A DNA stretch of 64,000 bases from Botryllus schlosseri (GCA_051294905.1 CM119372.1:31932001-31996000), one strand, 5' to 3'; shown: positions 25,400-38,712, counted from the first letter of the stretch. Notes: a model not told the origin generated them from the sequence alone. Program-made: numbers and translations.

Positions 25400-28300
25400 G
25401 ACGGATCGTTTCATCATCATCAAGTGAAATATGACACGGGCAATTGGACTCTGTACAAAATACGTATCAAATTCTCATCCGGTAAGTCAACTCATAATTT
25501 GTGAAGGTTTACCGTTACTCATTACCAGTGTTGGGTTGACTTGAATCATGACAAAAATGAGACTGTAGCATGTAGCTATACCAGTGATTCCCAACCGCAG
25601 CCTCAAGCTAGCCATCTTGCGTCCCCCACAAAAATTTAAAGAAATCGATTTATGATATAAAATAAAATTTATATTTATAAAATTCTCTTGCTTAGCTTGG
25701 AGTCTGGAGTTGTTAATTAGGATTGCAGAAAAGTTCTGAGTAGAGTGCTAACGTTATGTCACTAGTGTATAGGTATTGATAACTAATCTACGAATAGATG
25801 TACAGCACGTGACTCACGGTTGAATACGCCGAGGCAAAACCCAGCAGCAGTTCTCGATTTTACTCTATTATGTTAACTTTTTCTTGATCTAAAGCAGTCA
25901 CGAATTCGTGCGGCCCGAACTATACTCTGAAATTCTAAATTTGGCCCTTACACCGAAAAAGGTTGGGAACGACTAAGCTATATATACAGTTACTTGCGTA
26001 CACTACAAAAAAAAATCAGACAAATTTGGTCTCGATGTCTCAAATCGATTTTTTACAAAAAAAAGTCTTAAAGACCAATTAGTCTTACCAATTACATTCT
26101 GTCTCAAATCGATTTTTTACAAAAAAGTCTTAAAGACCAATTAGTCTTACCAAGTACTTTATGTCTCAAAAGTAAGCCAGAAATTGATCGAAAATAGTAG
26201 CAGTGCCTTGGGGGCATCCTTTTCAATGTTAGGGGTCTGAGCGGAGGAGGGGAAGGGCGAGAGAGACCAGAAATTGCAGTGTTGAGATGATTCTGTACTA
26301 AGTTTACAAGATATTCACTAGATATAGTTATCAAGGTACATGCCACTTACTACTCACGTGTACTATTCAGATCAATATATATGGTTGTCTGAGTCGAAAA
26401 TAGCATTTATGGTGAGTGGGTAAAATGAGACCAAATCATCCTCATTTCTTAAATTTGAGACCAAATTTGTCTAATTTTTTTTTGTAGTGTACAGTATTTC
26501 ATTAGCAGTTCTACGTTTGCGTGAGCAATACAATATCGTTTTTTACGAGTTTGTACGAGTTTTCAAAGTTGAGTAATTCTAGATCTAGTTGCGCTGTTTA
26601 AAAATCCAGTAGTTTGATAAATCTGGAATCTTACCATCTATATTATCCATCTGTTTTAGATGTATGGGACAAGGCCTTTCGTGATATGAGGGCAGTTGCA
26701 GACAATAGTAGCTTGCCCTCCGCTTCAGATAAGGACCTACAACGGTCTAACCGAAAACGTCAGCCGCCAAAAATTTTTTTGGATAATTCCATGTCATCTG
26801 ATGATCAAGGTATAGCCTACACTGTTATTCTGACTTATATGCTATACACAGAAGTGACATATGTATAACTTTCATACTTTGTAGATGATGCTGTTCCTTC
26901 AAAGAAAAAATGTAATCCAAGTATTCAGACACCAGGCATGCCTATACCAACTCCAAGAGTGCGGTCACCTCCTGATTCTGGCGATGAAAGTGTGACAAGC
27001 AAGAGTGCGCTTGTTGATGATGCTTCAAATGCAAGTTTGCCATCATCAAGTGAGGAGATTATTCAAGAACAGGATGACCCCAACATTGAATGTAGCGGCC
27101 AGTTGCAGGGAATCAACCAATGCAGTAAGCTCCTAACACTTTGATTCATTCTCGAATTTAAGTAATAGAGTCGCTCTATTTTCCAGACGATCCTTCATTT
27201 GTAAGCAATGTTGAACTGCAAAATTCTGATTGTCAACAACAAGGCCTATCACAAAGTAATTGTAAGTTTATCGCATATGATCAATCCAGTTTTCTTGAAT
27301 TCAAATAATTTTTTAGCTGCTCCATGTTCTTCATCAACTCCAACATCTGCACACAGTGACCACTCTATTTCTTTGATGCGTAAAGACATCAAGTTGCAGA
27401 TGAACCACATGATGGACCTCAGCTCCAAGCAGATGAACCAGATGATGGATCTAATTAAAGGTCACATCATCAACGATTCAAAAAATAAACACAGTACAAC
27501 AGCCCCAATCTTGCTTGAAGATCTTATTGAAAACCCCTATCAAACCGTATCTCAGCTGGAACAACTGGAAAAGAACTTGACTGACGGTGATTGCAAGAAG
27601 TCTAAACTGGTATGATTTTGTCGATTAGAGCAAACTTAGCCGGACTATCTAACCCAGGGGCGGGCAGCATACGGCCCACGAAGTGATTTTGTCCGGCCCG
27701 CCGACAGTTTTCTGTCCTACATGATAATGCGGCCCCAGTTTGCCGAGATTCCCCACTAATTCCTTACTACGTCAAATTTTAGTGACTGTATGTTATTATA
27801 TGTGTGTATGCGCAGCGTTGCGAGAGTGGAGCTTACGCGTGAGTTCGTCGAAGCGAGAAGACTTGCATTATCGGCATTTACGATGCAATCAAACCTAATG
27901 TGGTCTGTGGTAATCATGATTTTTGTCGACTACAATGGTCAGCAGGCTGATATTTCCTATTTTTGATTCCGTAACCGCCGACTTGTAGCACGGCACACTT
28001 CTAGGCTTTTGTAAGGCACCGGTTATGCCAGGGGCGCCAACTCAAAATGGGTCTCTGGCCACTTTTCAAATTTGGTAGAGGACGTAGGCCGCGTGAATTC
28101 AATATCGAGATTGCAATTATGACAATGTTACTCTCAAATCCACATTGTATTCGCCATTATCGGCGAGAAATGGCTTTGAAGGGACATTGCTGTCGTTAAA
28201 ATACATTCATTAAATACGATATATTCCTTGTATATGTGAATAAATGGGCGAATAATGCATCGATTCAGCAATCCGGTGCCAAGTGCTTCATTTTCCTATA

Positions 28301-28775
28301 TCCGGCCCGCCGACTGGAGAAGTTGCCTGCCCCTGATCTAACCTCTCGTCAAGATCAACGTTCCATCGAGTTATTTGATGTCTATGCATGCGCGTAGCCA
28401 GAGGGGGGTTTGGGGGTATAATCGTCACTTATGCATGTACTTTACCATAATGAATTGATGCTATATTAGTGAATTTGAAAAATATCGAAACCCTGCCATA
28501 TTATTTTTAAAAAACCCTACTTATTTTTGGGCTGATCTAGTTATTTTTCATTCTGGTACACACCACTATCGTAAGGCAGCGTCATTTGTATTTTGTACTA
28601 CAGGTATCTGCTTTGAAAGGACTTCACGGTGAACAATTGGCTTCAACGGTCAGAAATATCATGACAAGCATAGCTGTAAAAGATGTGTGGCAGTTGTTCA
28701 GCCTAAAAGGTCAAAGAAGCAAAAATGGACAAAAAAGAAGTTTTCAAAATTTTACTCTTTACAAGACTATTAAAC
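25400..28775 (+). CDS. Spliced DUF4806-like transposon accessory gene, possibly pseudogenised; exons ?-25481, 26660-26809, 26885-27124, 27187-27261, 27317-27609, 28604-28775
   Basis: All junctions are GT-AG and phase-compatible, giving an open frame: WTLYKIRIKFSS/DVWDKAFRDMRAVADNSSL...RKRQPP...VSALKGLHGEQLASTVRNIMTSIAVKDVWQLFSLKG..KRSFQNFTLYKTIK. The start codon and 3' exons (about 31000-31057, 31633-31710) are unclear. Confidence 0.65.
25582..25975. mobile_element. hAT (Charlie-like) MITE in intron 1 of the accessory gene
   Basis: CAGTGATTCCCAACC...GGTTGGGAACGACTA; TSD AGCTATAC/AGCTATAT. Confidence 0.7.
26001..26489. mobile_element. CACTA-terminated MITE
   Basis: TIR CACTAC(A)nTCAGACAAATTTGGTCTC / GAGACCAAATTTGTCTAA(T)nGTAGTG, flanked by TA on both sides. 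Confidence 0.85.
27655..28335. mobile_element. hAT MITE in an intron of the accessory gene
   Basis: CAGGGGCGGGCAGC...GTTGCCTGCCCCTG; perfect TSD ATCTAACC. A related end lies at about 7060-7165. Confidence 0.85.
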
Positions 28776-29468
28776 GTAAGTTGTTACTGATATTACAATC
28801 GCGATTACAAAACCATCGATAACAATGTCTTCGAGAGCATTTTTACAGAGTTAGGGTATTTTGCTTTCCCTTGTGCCAATAATCCATCACTCATTTCAAA
28901 CTCCTTTCAATTCACAATTCTACACGGGAAGCAAGTTCATCCTCAACTGGTCGCATTCGTACCGTGTGGGGGGCTGAGATTGCTATTGCCTGACCCATGT
29001 TCCCTCTAAGCTGCACATAGGGCTCTTCAAAAATTACTTAATTTCTAAAATCGTACTGGCTACTTGATAAAATTGTTAGGTCACCTAATTTAAGCCTACA
29101 CACAAAATTTTGTTCAATTCCAGCCAGTAACCGCTTTGCTACAGGAGAAGAAACTTTTTCTTTATTATATAAAAATGAATAATGAAAAATTTGAAATTTC
29201 CTGTTCTCCCCATGAAAGTGTTAGGCTGTCTATAGAAACGATGCTAACCAAATTTGGTTCAATTCCAACCAGTGGAAGCGGAGTTATTGCTGTCGAAAAA
29301 TTGTGATTTGGATATAATAGTATTTACGGTGAGCACAACTATAATAAATAAACAAAGAATCGGTCACCGTAAATACTATTTTATTCAAATCCAAATTTTT
29401 CGATGGCAATAACCCCTCTTCCACTGGTTGGAATTGAACCAAATTTGGTGAGCATCGTTTCTATAGAC

Positions 29469-30490
29469 CAGGGGTGGGCAAACTTTTGAGCTCGCAGGCC
29501 GCATTCGACATCTGAATCCATTCGCGGGCCGCACTATATAAAATTGGGATTATAAACCAAAACGCAATAATGGTATTTGATTATATAGTGAGGACGTGTA
29601 GATGCTTATTTAAAACAAACCAAGCATTTCGTTGATGATATCGTACATCCGCCAGAAACAGTCGCGAGATTTCATAGGCTGGTCGACCTCAACAACCAAT
29701 TTGTCAAAACTATAGGGATGAAAGTCGGTGGTACCGATTCTTAAAATAGGATATAAATTTAAATCTGTCGGCAGCGATCGGTTCATAGATTTGTTAATTC
29801 CACTTTGGTTCAGTTCCTGGATACACAATGCTGACAGCATCATAACCATGTTAGCTTCCAACACGCTTCTACTGTGTGTGGATAAAATATAAATACCCTA
29901 ATTCTACGCATACAGAGAACGAATCTAGCTAAGACAAGCGCGAATCGTTTTTCATAAGAACATCACTGAAAAAATTGAAACTGTCGCGCCAGACATTTAA
30001 CACAAAAAATAATCTAGGAAGTATTTACCTTAGAACAGTAGTTTTCAAACTTTTCCCCCTTACGATGGTGAAAGTTTACGTGTCCCCTTTATCGTCATAT
30101 CACAAAACGCAACCAGGATGCGAGCAAACCTAACGGGTAGTTTGATGGCATGGAAGGCTACGACTGTGGATGAGAGATTTTTAAATATTAAATTGAGACT
30201 AAATGCAGAACAACAACTGTAAATTGGATGGAAATCGTGCGGGGCGCGAAAAATTTTTTCAGTTGATCTCAGCTTCGCGCCCTTCTTAAGATGCTTTCAC
30301 CCCCTCAAGGTGGGCGCGCCCACCAGTTTGAGAACCACTTCCTTAAAAATATCATGGTGAAATATACTAAAAAGTTTAATCAAGTCCCTGTAATAATTCG
30401 ATTTTTAGTATGCATTTCATCAATATTTTTAAAAAGTTTCTTTAGACTCTCGCGGGCCGCACAGAACGGGCCGTAGTTTGCCCTCCCCTG
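29469..30490. mobile_element. hAT MITE (CAGGGGTGGGCAAAC) nested in the foldback element
   Basis: Perfect TSD CTATAGAC at 29461-29468 and 30491-30498. Confidence 0.87.
30036..30340. mobile_element. Innermost hAT MITE of the nest
   Basis: CAGTAGTTTTCAAAC...GTTTGAGAACCACTT; TSD CCTTAGAA/CCTTAAAA. Confidence 0.7.
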
Positions 30491-32228
30491 CTATAGACAG
30501 TCTAACACTTTCATGGGGTGAACAGAAAATTTTCAAATTTTTTACTATTTAATTTTATATAATAAATAGAAACTTTCTTCTCATGTAGCAAAGCGGTTAT
30601 TGGCTGGAATTGAACCAAATTTTGTGTGTAGGCTTAAATTAGGTGACCTAACAATTTTATTAAGTAGCCAGTAAGATTTGAGAAAAAAGTCATTTTTGAA
30701 GAGCCCTACTGCACATGTGCGCAATTGCACAGTGCTTAGTTAGTCTCTGCGCACAGAAAAAATCTGAAGTGATGTCATTTTTTAGTCGTTATGCACTACT
30801 GTCGAAGGGACCGCGCAGTGAGTCGGTGAGTGTGCGCAGACTCGTCAAAAATTAGAGGGAACATTGGGTTGGCTATTTCGGTGGCGAACAAGATGCATGA
30901 CAAATATGGCTCAATTCCAACGTGTAGAAGTCAAATCATTGAGATACAAAATTAGGGATGTGAAACTTCGCTGGTATATATATTAGGTACATTTTACAGC
31001 TTGCTATAGTATCCCGTTCACCAAAGAAATGTTTGAAGCTGGCCCAGAACGATAACGGTGAGTTATACGATCTTCCAGGGCCGTCACACTCCGAACACAC
31101 AATTAGGGGAGCTCGACTGGACCCAAAATTACTTTGTTGGTCGTCTGTTGAAGTAGATTTTTGTCGTGCTTTGCGCGATTTTTTGTCCCTGTAGGTCTAC
31201 ATTTAAATATGATTAGTAAGATAAAAAGGTGCTTATAATAAATATGCAAATTGGCGGCGGCGATTACCCCACATTGAAAAGGACTGCGACTCTACTCTGT
31301 GGTAAGAGATGGGTCTCAAGAACATTTTCAAACCTGACAATGGGCCACGTCCAAAAGATGTCTGAAAACCCCTGGCTCATTAGCTTCTATATGTTGGAAT
31401 TAAGCCAAATTTGGCTCGCAGAGTTAAATCGATAATTTCGTCGAAGTAGATGGTAAAGTTTGACTTGGCTGTCACACTTCACCAAGTTCGTCGTGACTTC
31501 CTAAAGACGGTTCGGAATCCTTGGATGAATGTGACTTGACATGACCGTCCCACATTACTCACAACCAAACACATATAATGACTTTTGCTCTACTGCTAAT
31601 CAATCAAAGTAATCAATTCATTTATGTTATAGGACGATGATAAAGTCGAAAACAGGAGCAAGACTGTTATCGAGGAGGCAGAAGATTCCGATACCGATAA
31701 CATGGACTAATGCTAATGCATAAATATTTGCTGAAGTGATTGCACAGTTCTGTATCAAGGCCCAATTCTTGCTAACGTATTTTCTTCATCCATGTTTTTT
31801 TTTCGTGTTTTGTACTGATTTCATACAGAACGGAAAGCCATATACATGCTGATTTTTAAAAATGGCGATTAGTTTTCCTTCTGAACAGAAAGGCCTACCT
31901 CTTGCTGCCTACTTCTTGCTAACGTATGTTGTGTTAGGGACTGTTATTTTACCTTCATTCTTCATCCATTTTTATTCCAATTTTTCATCAAGGTCTAGTC
32001 CTGTGCATTTTTTTTGTATTTTGACTTGTCTTCGTCGAGGTCTAGTCCAGTGCATTTTTTTGTATTTTGAACTGGTACAATACAGAACAAGAAGCCATAC
32101 ATGATTTGTAAAACTGACGATTCGTATTCGTTCATGTGTGAAGTGCATCATATAGCAGGTTTAGCCAACCAGGGTTCAGGGTCACACAGGGTCGAGTTGT
32201 ACAAAAAATATCTTATCGAATATCGTTA

Positions 32229-32400
32229 AGGATGTTTACCAGGATATCTTTGAGGATGTCCCTCAGAATATCTTTGAGGATGTTTATCAGGATATCTTTG
32301 AGAATGTCCATCAGGATATCTTTGAGGATGTCCTACAGGACATCTTATATATATCCATTTCTGTCGACAAATGTATATATTTTGCACATCTTTGAAGGAC
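32229..32400. repeat. Short tandem array (AGGATATCTTTGAGGATGT-like, about 24-bp period), right subterminal region of the EnSpm-like element
   Basis: Visible repeat; explains the ISLRM-repeat ORF 32232-32441. Confidence 0.8.
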
Positions 32401-35400
32401 ATCTTTTGAACTCATGGAAGATATTTAAAAAATATCTTTAATAAGTTTTGTGTTTGCTGGGAAGTCTTAAAGTTGACACTCAATGATTGAGGCAGTTATT
32501 TCGTTTTCGAGGTCGAGTATGGTAGAGATGCGCGCTGATCTGATACTTAATCTACCTACGTCATTGCGGATCTCACGCAATAGCCGGTGTCGGTCTGTGC
32601 TAATCTATAGTCTGCGTTCCATAACGAGATCGGTGATGATATTTCCAATGGTATATCTCGATGATCGCATGAAACAGCTGACCAAGATTCTCGGTTTGCA
32701 TTCAAATATTCACATAATTTTATGTTCCCCAATGTCCATTTCACTGTGAAATTGTGGCCTTCAAACCATTTGCTTACAATCCCCTGTCAAATGCGATAGC
32801 TATTTCATTTTCGATGTCGGCTAACAGCTGATCATTCGATCAGCCTATTCCTCGATCTATTTTACTCAAAGTTCGGTGTTCGTCTGTTTGTATTGATTTT
32901 GACAGTGTACCATACCGGAATGGGTTATGAGATTGCGTATGCTACTTCTCGATGATTTCTTGTAACAGTATACTAAGTTACGGCTTTTATTCATGTATTT
33001 ATTGATTAGTATATTTTCCAACGGCGATTTCGCAGCAGACTTATAGACTGTAAGCCGTATGTGTTGTGTCACAGTCTCCAGTTTCAAGGCTAAAATGTCC
33101 TATGATGTTCCGAGACCGAAGTTCCGAGGCTGCTGTCCTTATTCTTCAAATACCATTCAAATTGATGTTCTGGATTCAATATGACAGGCCCAATCTATGA
33201 GATAACAATTGCGTATGTGTCCGAACTCGTTGACCTTTCCAGTTAGGCTTACGCAATCTCTCGAGTTCTAGTCATTGGAATGAGTCAGGTCAAGTCAAGT
33301 GCGAACATGAATCGTATTGAATCTTTGCTCCGTACGGCTAATTCCATTATAATTCAACAAATTTTTTGAGATTTGTAATGCATACTCTCAGAATTGTCCA
33401 ATATTTACATATGTTGTTCTTTTTTGAATTCCAAGTCTATTTAAAAAAAAAATTGAAAAATGTTCAGCGGTTCAAAAGATATTGCAATTTAAAATCCTCT
33501 CGTCACTAGGTGGCGCTACTTTCAAAAATCTTTGAAATCGATATTTTTCGCTCAAATGATGGTAGAGAACCAATTAAAATGTCCAAATAACCAATTCTGG
33601 GGCCAAGGAATTCAATAAAACCAACTGTATCGCCCTAAAATCAATGAAAAAAAAGTTACAGATGAAAAAAAAAATGGGGGGGACGGGCTTGAAAATGTCT
33701 GTAGGATACGGCCTACACAAAAAAAAATTCTTGTGAAATGTGCTTTTAAGGAGTATGGTTTATAAAAAGCTTGATTTTAAATTTCACATTTATTCCACCG
33801 TGAAATATGCATTACATAAAAATTTCATGGTCCCAACCCATATCCCTGCTCACCGTAAATACTATTATTACCAGTCAGATATATCAATAAATTTATCCGT
33901 TTAACCTCTCGCGGCGGTTAAAATCACTATTGTCGGGAAATTCATGTGAGCATCATAAAGTTACTTTTTTACGTTGGAAAACGCCATTGTGACGTCATGT
34001 TGATAAAAGTCGCTCGCAGCCCTTGCCCCACCACCCGATATTGTCACGAGCCGCCACTGACAATGATCCTACTTCCGATTTGTCAAATTGATGGCATTCC
34101 TCTGAAAATCGCTCACTGTCATGTTCATATCTCAAATTGCGATTTATCACTCACCCACCTCGGTCGACATCTATTTGAAGACAACAGAGTAGCGCTACAC
34201 GCATATGAAGGAAAATAATGTTAATAATGAATACCCAAATAAAATAAAATCTAAATATCATAAAAACGAATGATATTCGACCGATGTCGTGATACAACTT
34301 GCATTTCGCTTATCGTAACTTCCACTCCGTAAACTACCAAGGTTGTTATAAAATCGTAGATTCAGAGAATGTAAAAGTTACATGAATATTTTTATCCATT
34401 TTTTGAACTTTGAAATAATTTTCTGCGCTTTGGTAGGATGATCATCACGCATAATCTATTTGATATAACCATCATTGTAATTCAAAAATATGTAGCTTGC
34501 CTTGGAGCGACGTTGTGATATGCCAGCCTCCAACACGCATTAAACTTCATGAAATTTGGTTGTCTCTGATAAAAGAATAGACTGACACACTGATCTTGGC
34601 TAATGATTATAGTGTGTTGGCCACAGATTGGCGGGAAAATGGACACTTGATCCGCTGTACCAAAATGACTGTAGTGATGTAAATTTATATTCTAAGATAT
34701 ATTCTAATGCAGTGGGGTTTTCTGGTCGGGTACAGACTCACTTGTGTAAAAAAAATCACATTATTAACCTCGTTTATTGAACGTCTGTATGAAATGCCGA
34801 TCGTATCTCTAATATTTAGGCCTGTTAGCTCATTTGCAATTCGTATTATCAGTGCCTCCAATCAGCGAGAATCGACTGGACAGCGGCACGCGATCTCCCG
34901 CATATACGTTGTTATTCAGTCGCATGCGAAATGGTGTGATTGAAATCACCAGATTCGTTATAATAAGAGTTCATATATGTATGTGAATATGTATTCAGGG
35001 AGATCGCGGACTCTCTAATTGATAGCATAGCCGGAGTCGTTACAGATGACATGACATATTTCTTTCCGAGTTATGTAGCGTGCGAAAGTGTAGCTTAGGG
35101 CGGCTTCTATCCAACAGCAGGAAGTTCATCTGGCCCATGCATTGTTTGCCATTTACACATGTAAATTGATGCTATACCTCGCTACGTTTGGAAATATTTC
35201 AAACCCTTCCTATTTTTCTGTCGGCCTAAACATACGTTTGACGGAGGCGCAACATTGCGTTTACGGTTACCAGTTCTCTGCTTATTTATTTCATTGTGTG
35301 CTGTTCGATTCTGGGGGTCTTAACTTTCACCAATAGCAAGTCTTTACAAAACAAAGTCTTACCAAATTTTATTGGATGGAGCAATTTTAATGGGTGGAAA

Positions 35401-37445
35401 TATAGATTTCAGGTTGTGGGGAATAAAGAAAAGGGTCGGGAACCAAAAATTTTCTAATTTCACAATACCTTTGGTTTATGTAATTTTGTAAATGATGTTA
35501 CTGCTAGCAGTCAGTTACACACTAGAATTACATGAAATGAGATTCTGTTGTGATCTCGTGTCTCGTGTGTAAGGCCTATATAGTATACATTTCGTCTTCG
35601 ATGATTAGGCAACATACATTGCTGGCGACCTATGATATAAAGAAACTGGGGATATCATTGGTGCATCATGGCTGTTTAAATGGATAATTTCATCCAAAAT
35701 AATTACAACAAAAATGCTACAACATTTCCACACATCAAAAATAGAATATCACTTGAGAGGTTGGCAAGTTACGAAAGTATGGAAAAAGTATCAAATATGG
35801 TATTGAAGAATGTGGCTATGGTATGGAAAATTGTCAAGTATGGTATGGAACGATTAGACGGGTATGGAGTATGGAAAATTCCTATTCCATCCCATATCAT
35901 ACCATGCCCTGCTTACACTAAACCGACAATCCTTATGGGAGGTCAAGCAATAACAGTATGCAACAAAGTGACTCTGTAGACTACTTGCCGCTAAGTCTCT
36001 TCAGAGTTGGACGAAAAGTTTTATGTTATCGTATAATTCGATAACATGAATATATTTTTGAGCTATTAACATAAAAAATATAACTAAACTTTCACTAACT
36101 CTACTATGTCCCAAATAGCTCTGTGGCTCACCTCAAAAAGCTCCTGTGAACAACCAGTGGCCCACTGGCACCGCCATGGCTAACCGTTTAAGAGCCCCTG
36201 GTCTAGAATATAGAATAATCGAAACAAATTAAGTCGTCACTTTGACGAAATATAAATCATCAAGTTCGCTTGTGACGACTATATATGAGCTGATTTGGTG
36301 GATTCGGCATGTATTCTTCGCGATTGGGCAGATGTTAACTTGAAAAAAGCATAGGCACTTTTCCTAGCGGCCTCGTTATCAGTGACGTGCGGTCAGGGGA
36401 GGCAAGTGAGGCAGTGCCTCACCTGTCGGCAGGATGAGTAAAGGCAAATTGTGAAAACCTTCGATGATTATTGATATTTACCGTCGATGTTCATGAATAA
36501 CTAAATTTGAACATTTTTTCATCCAACATCACCAATTTTCATATTTATTGTTCAAAAATACAACGCGAAAGAAGAAGTGATGCACTGGTGACGCCCGCGT
36601 GGGTCGTGCCGAACATGCGACAATGCGATTCATCATAAGCAGCTCAGAATTCGTAATAACGTGTATCAATCCAATGCTATTGTCGCACCGATTCAGAAAA
36701 TCCGAATATTAACAATTATAGAGCACTGGAACCCCCTCAAAATCGCCAAAGAATGTAGAATTCAGCTTTATTACGTAGAATGGCAGCACAGAGAAACAAT
36801 GGCCAGGTGAGGCACAATCGAATCAGCCTCACTCACTATTCACTAACAATAGGACAATCGCAGCACAGTGAAACGCGCTATCGATTTCAGAATCCGACGC
36901 TGCTTTTTGAATTGTATAGTAGCGACGGCCAATACGTAATGCTGAGCAAATACATTCCATCACTGATGCGCCACTTGCCCTATGGTACGAGCCGCCACCG
37001 AAATCACGCATCCCAATATTTCCTGAACTAATCGAAAGAATAGACTAGACTCTTTCTCAGGCTATTCGCCCGGCAGACCTGTCAGTCACCCTAAATCAGG
37101 ACCGGCCAACCTTTTCGGCCACATGAAACCAACGAACCATTGCGCTGGTCACTTCAGTGTTGATGATATTTTTCTATTCGTCCGACAGTACCGAACTGGA
37201 TTAGACAACGGTGAAAAAAGAACGCATCAAAATCGACATCAATGATGTCATGCAAAGTCAGCGTCTATTGGTGCTATAAACGCGCCATGCGCGAAAATTT
37301 TTCAAAGTTAATGAACGAATTCTACGAAAGATCTACGAATATTGTGGCTGGCCATAAGCTAAGACAATGCGTCGAAACTGATAATTCAGTCATCAACATC
37401 CCAAATTTCGCGGTCAGGCTAATCAAATTTTTGGTTGGTCTAGCA

Positions 37446-38712
37446 CAGTGGTCACCAACGCGGTGTCCGCTTGCCCACTGTCCTGTGAGGACCAGATGAG
37501 TAGCCCGCGAGCCTGGTCTAAAAATAGATCGAATAGCAGCATTTGCCGATATTCGTCAGATTATTACCAGTGAGCTTTTAAATATATATATTGATTGGTT
37601 TAGCTATTCTTGTTTAAATCACACCAACATGTAACTTTCAAATGAGAATACATATTTACAAACACTTAAATGATGATATCAAATATTCTCAATTGTAATT
37701 ATAGTAACCAATAGAATCACAATACATCGAAGACGTATAGCTTACGGCGCATTGCCTGTACAGGCGACATGGCGGAATGCCATCCACGGTCTTCTTGAAA
37801 TGGCAGGGGGTTACGTTGTGGTAGCTCGACGTCCAGAACAATGCCAAAGTAGTAAACAACATTACTATTCGGTAGCAGATAGCAGTGAAGTAGCCTATTT
37901 GCAGATTTTAATTATCTGAATGCCCATTTCGTATTGCATCTTTTGACACAGCTTGTTTCTCTTACACTTAACGCAGTTTAGTGCCCTGTTTCTAGCTTTC
38001 TTTAGTCGTTGCTGCTGCCCGGTATAATGAAATCAGTCATGTCTGGATGCTGAACAGAAGGAGATTGAAATTGTAACATTGCAAAATGGCCTCCACCTCA
38101 AAACCCCCCACCATACTGCAGCAAACGTTTGGTGCCTTCTTGGCACGGAAAAGTACACTGGTATATGCGCAGCTCCTATGAAGGTTGCAAGCGTGTTTGC
38201 TTCAACTTATCGCGGTGAATCAGCCTTTTTGGACATGAACTTCATTAAAAACGAACACAGAACACGCCTAACTAATGCACATCTGGAACATTCACTCAGA
38301 GTTGCAGTGTAAAGTTACACACCAAAGTATAGCGCACTATAGTTGATAGCATTCAATGCCTTCCACTAACTGATATAGAAACAGATAACATGATGTCCGG
38401 CCTAAAATGTGACATGATTTATTTTAAAATTTCAGTTGATTGTTGCTGTATAACTTATACCAACATGGGAAGAAGTAATTCATGATTTCTGAAAAATCTT
38501 AGTGGCTACCTATAGTTGAAATGAGATGTTTTGATTTAAAACTCTCTTAGAAGTCTTACCTCAATGTGACTCCTGCCCAGTTCTATGAATATCGAAGCGA
38601 AAATTCAGTATGGTGCGGGTAAATGGCGAGAGTAAATGGTAGCCCGTCGCTTCAATCAGTAGGCCTATACCCAAGAAGTAGCTCTTGGTTGCAAAAAGGT
38701 TGGTGACCCCTG
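37446..38712 (+). mobile_element. Internally deleted Charlie/GTF2IRD2-like hAT transposon
   Basis: CAGTGGTCACCAAC / GTTGGTGACCCCTG; perfect TSD GTCTAGCA; 38079-38312 encodes the dimerisation-domain remnant FASTYRGESAFLDMNFIKNEHRTRLTNAHLEHSLRVAV. Confidence 0.88.

Larger units (their letters stand above)
29018..30708. mobile_element. Palindromic (foldback) non-autonomous element with 7-bp TSD
   Basis: TAGGGCTCTTCAAAAAT / ATTTTTGAAGAGCCCTA; TSD CTGCACA; once the insert is removed the whole element is a near palindrome centred at about 29335-29365. Confidence 0.85.
28995..30866. mobile_element. hAT-like MITE split by insertions
   Basis: Termini CCATGTTCCCTCTAA / TTAGAGGGAACATTG; no clear TSD. 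Confidence 0.65.
23819..32461 (+). mobile_element. EnSpm/CACTA-type DNA transposon (no transposase seen) carrying a spliced accessory gene
   Basis: TIR CCCAGCAAACAC / GTGTTTGCTGGG, AA on both flanks (2-bp TSD), subterminal ATATC-rich tandem arrays at both ends. Confidence 0.8.
22899..34059. mobile_element. hAT MITE expanded to 11.2 kb by nested insertions
   Basis: TIR CAGTGGCGGCTCGT / ACGAGCCGCCACTG; perfect TSD ACAATGAT at 22891-22898 and 34060-34067. Confidence 0.87.
22739..35911. mobile_element. hAT MITE with (GTATG)n repeats, expanded to 13.2 kb by nested insertions
   Basis: TIR CAGGGCATGGTATG / CATACCATGCCCTG; perfect TSD CTTACACT at 22731-22738 and 35912-35919. Confidence 0.85.

Noticed and set aside
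22366..36200. A further outer hAT layer around the 13-kb nest
   Set aside because: TSD matches only 6 of 8 and the termini agree only in CAGGGG.
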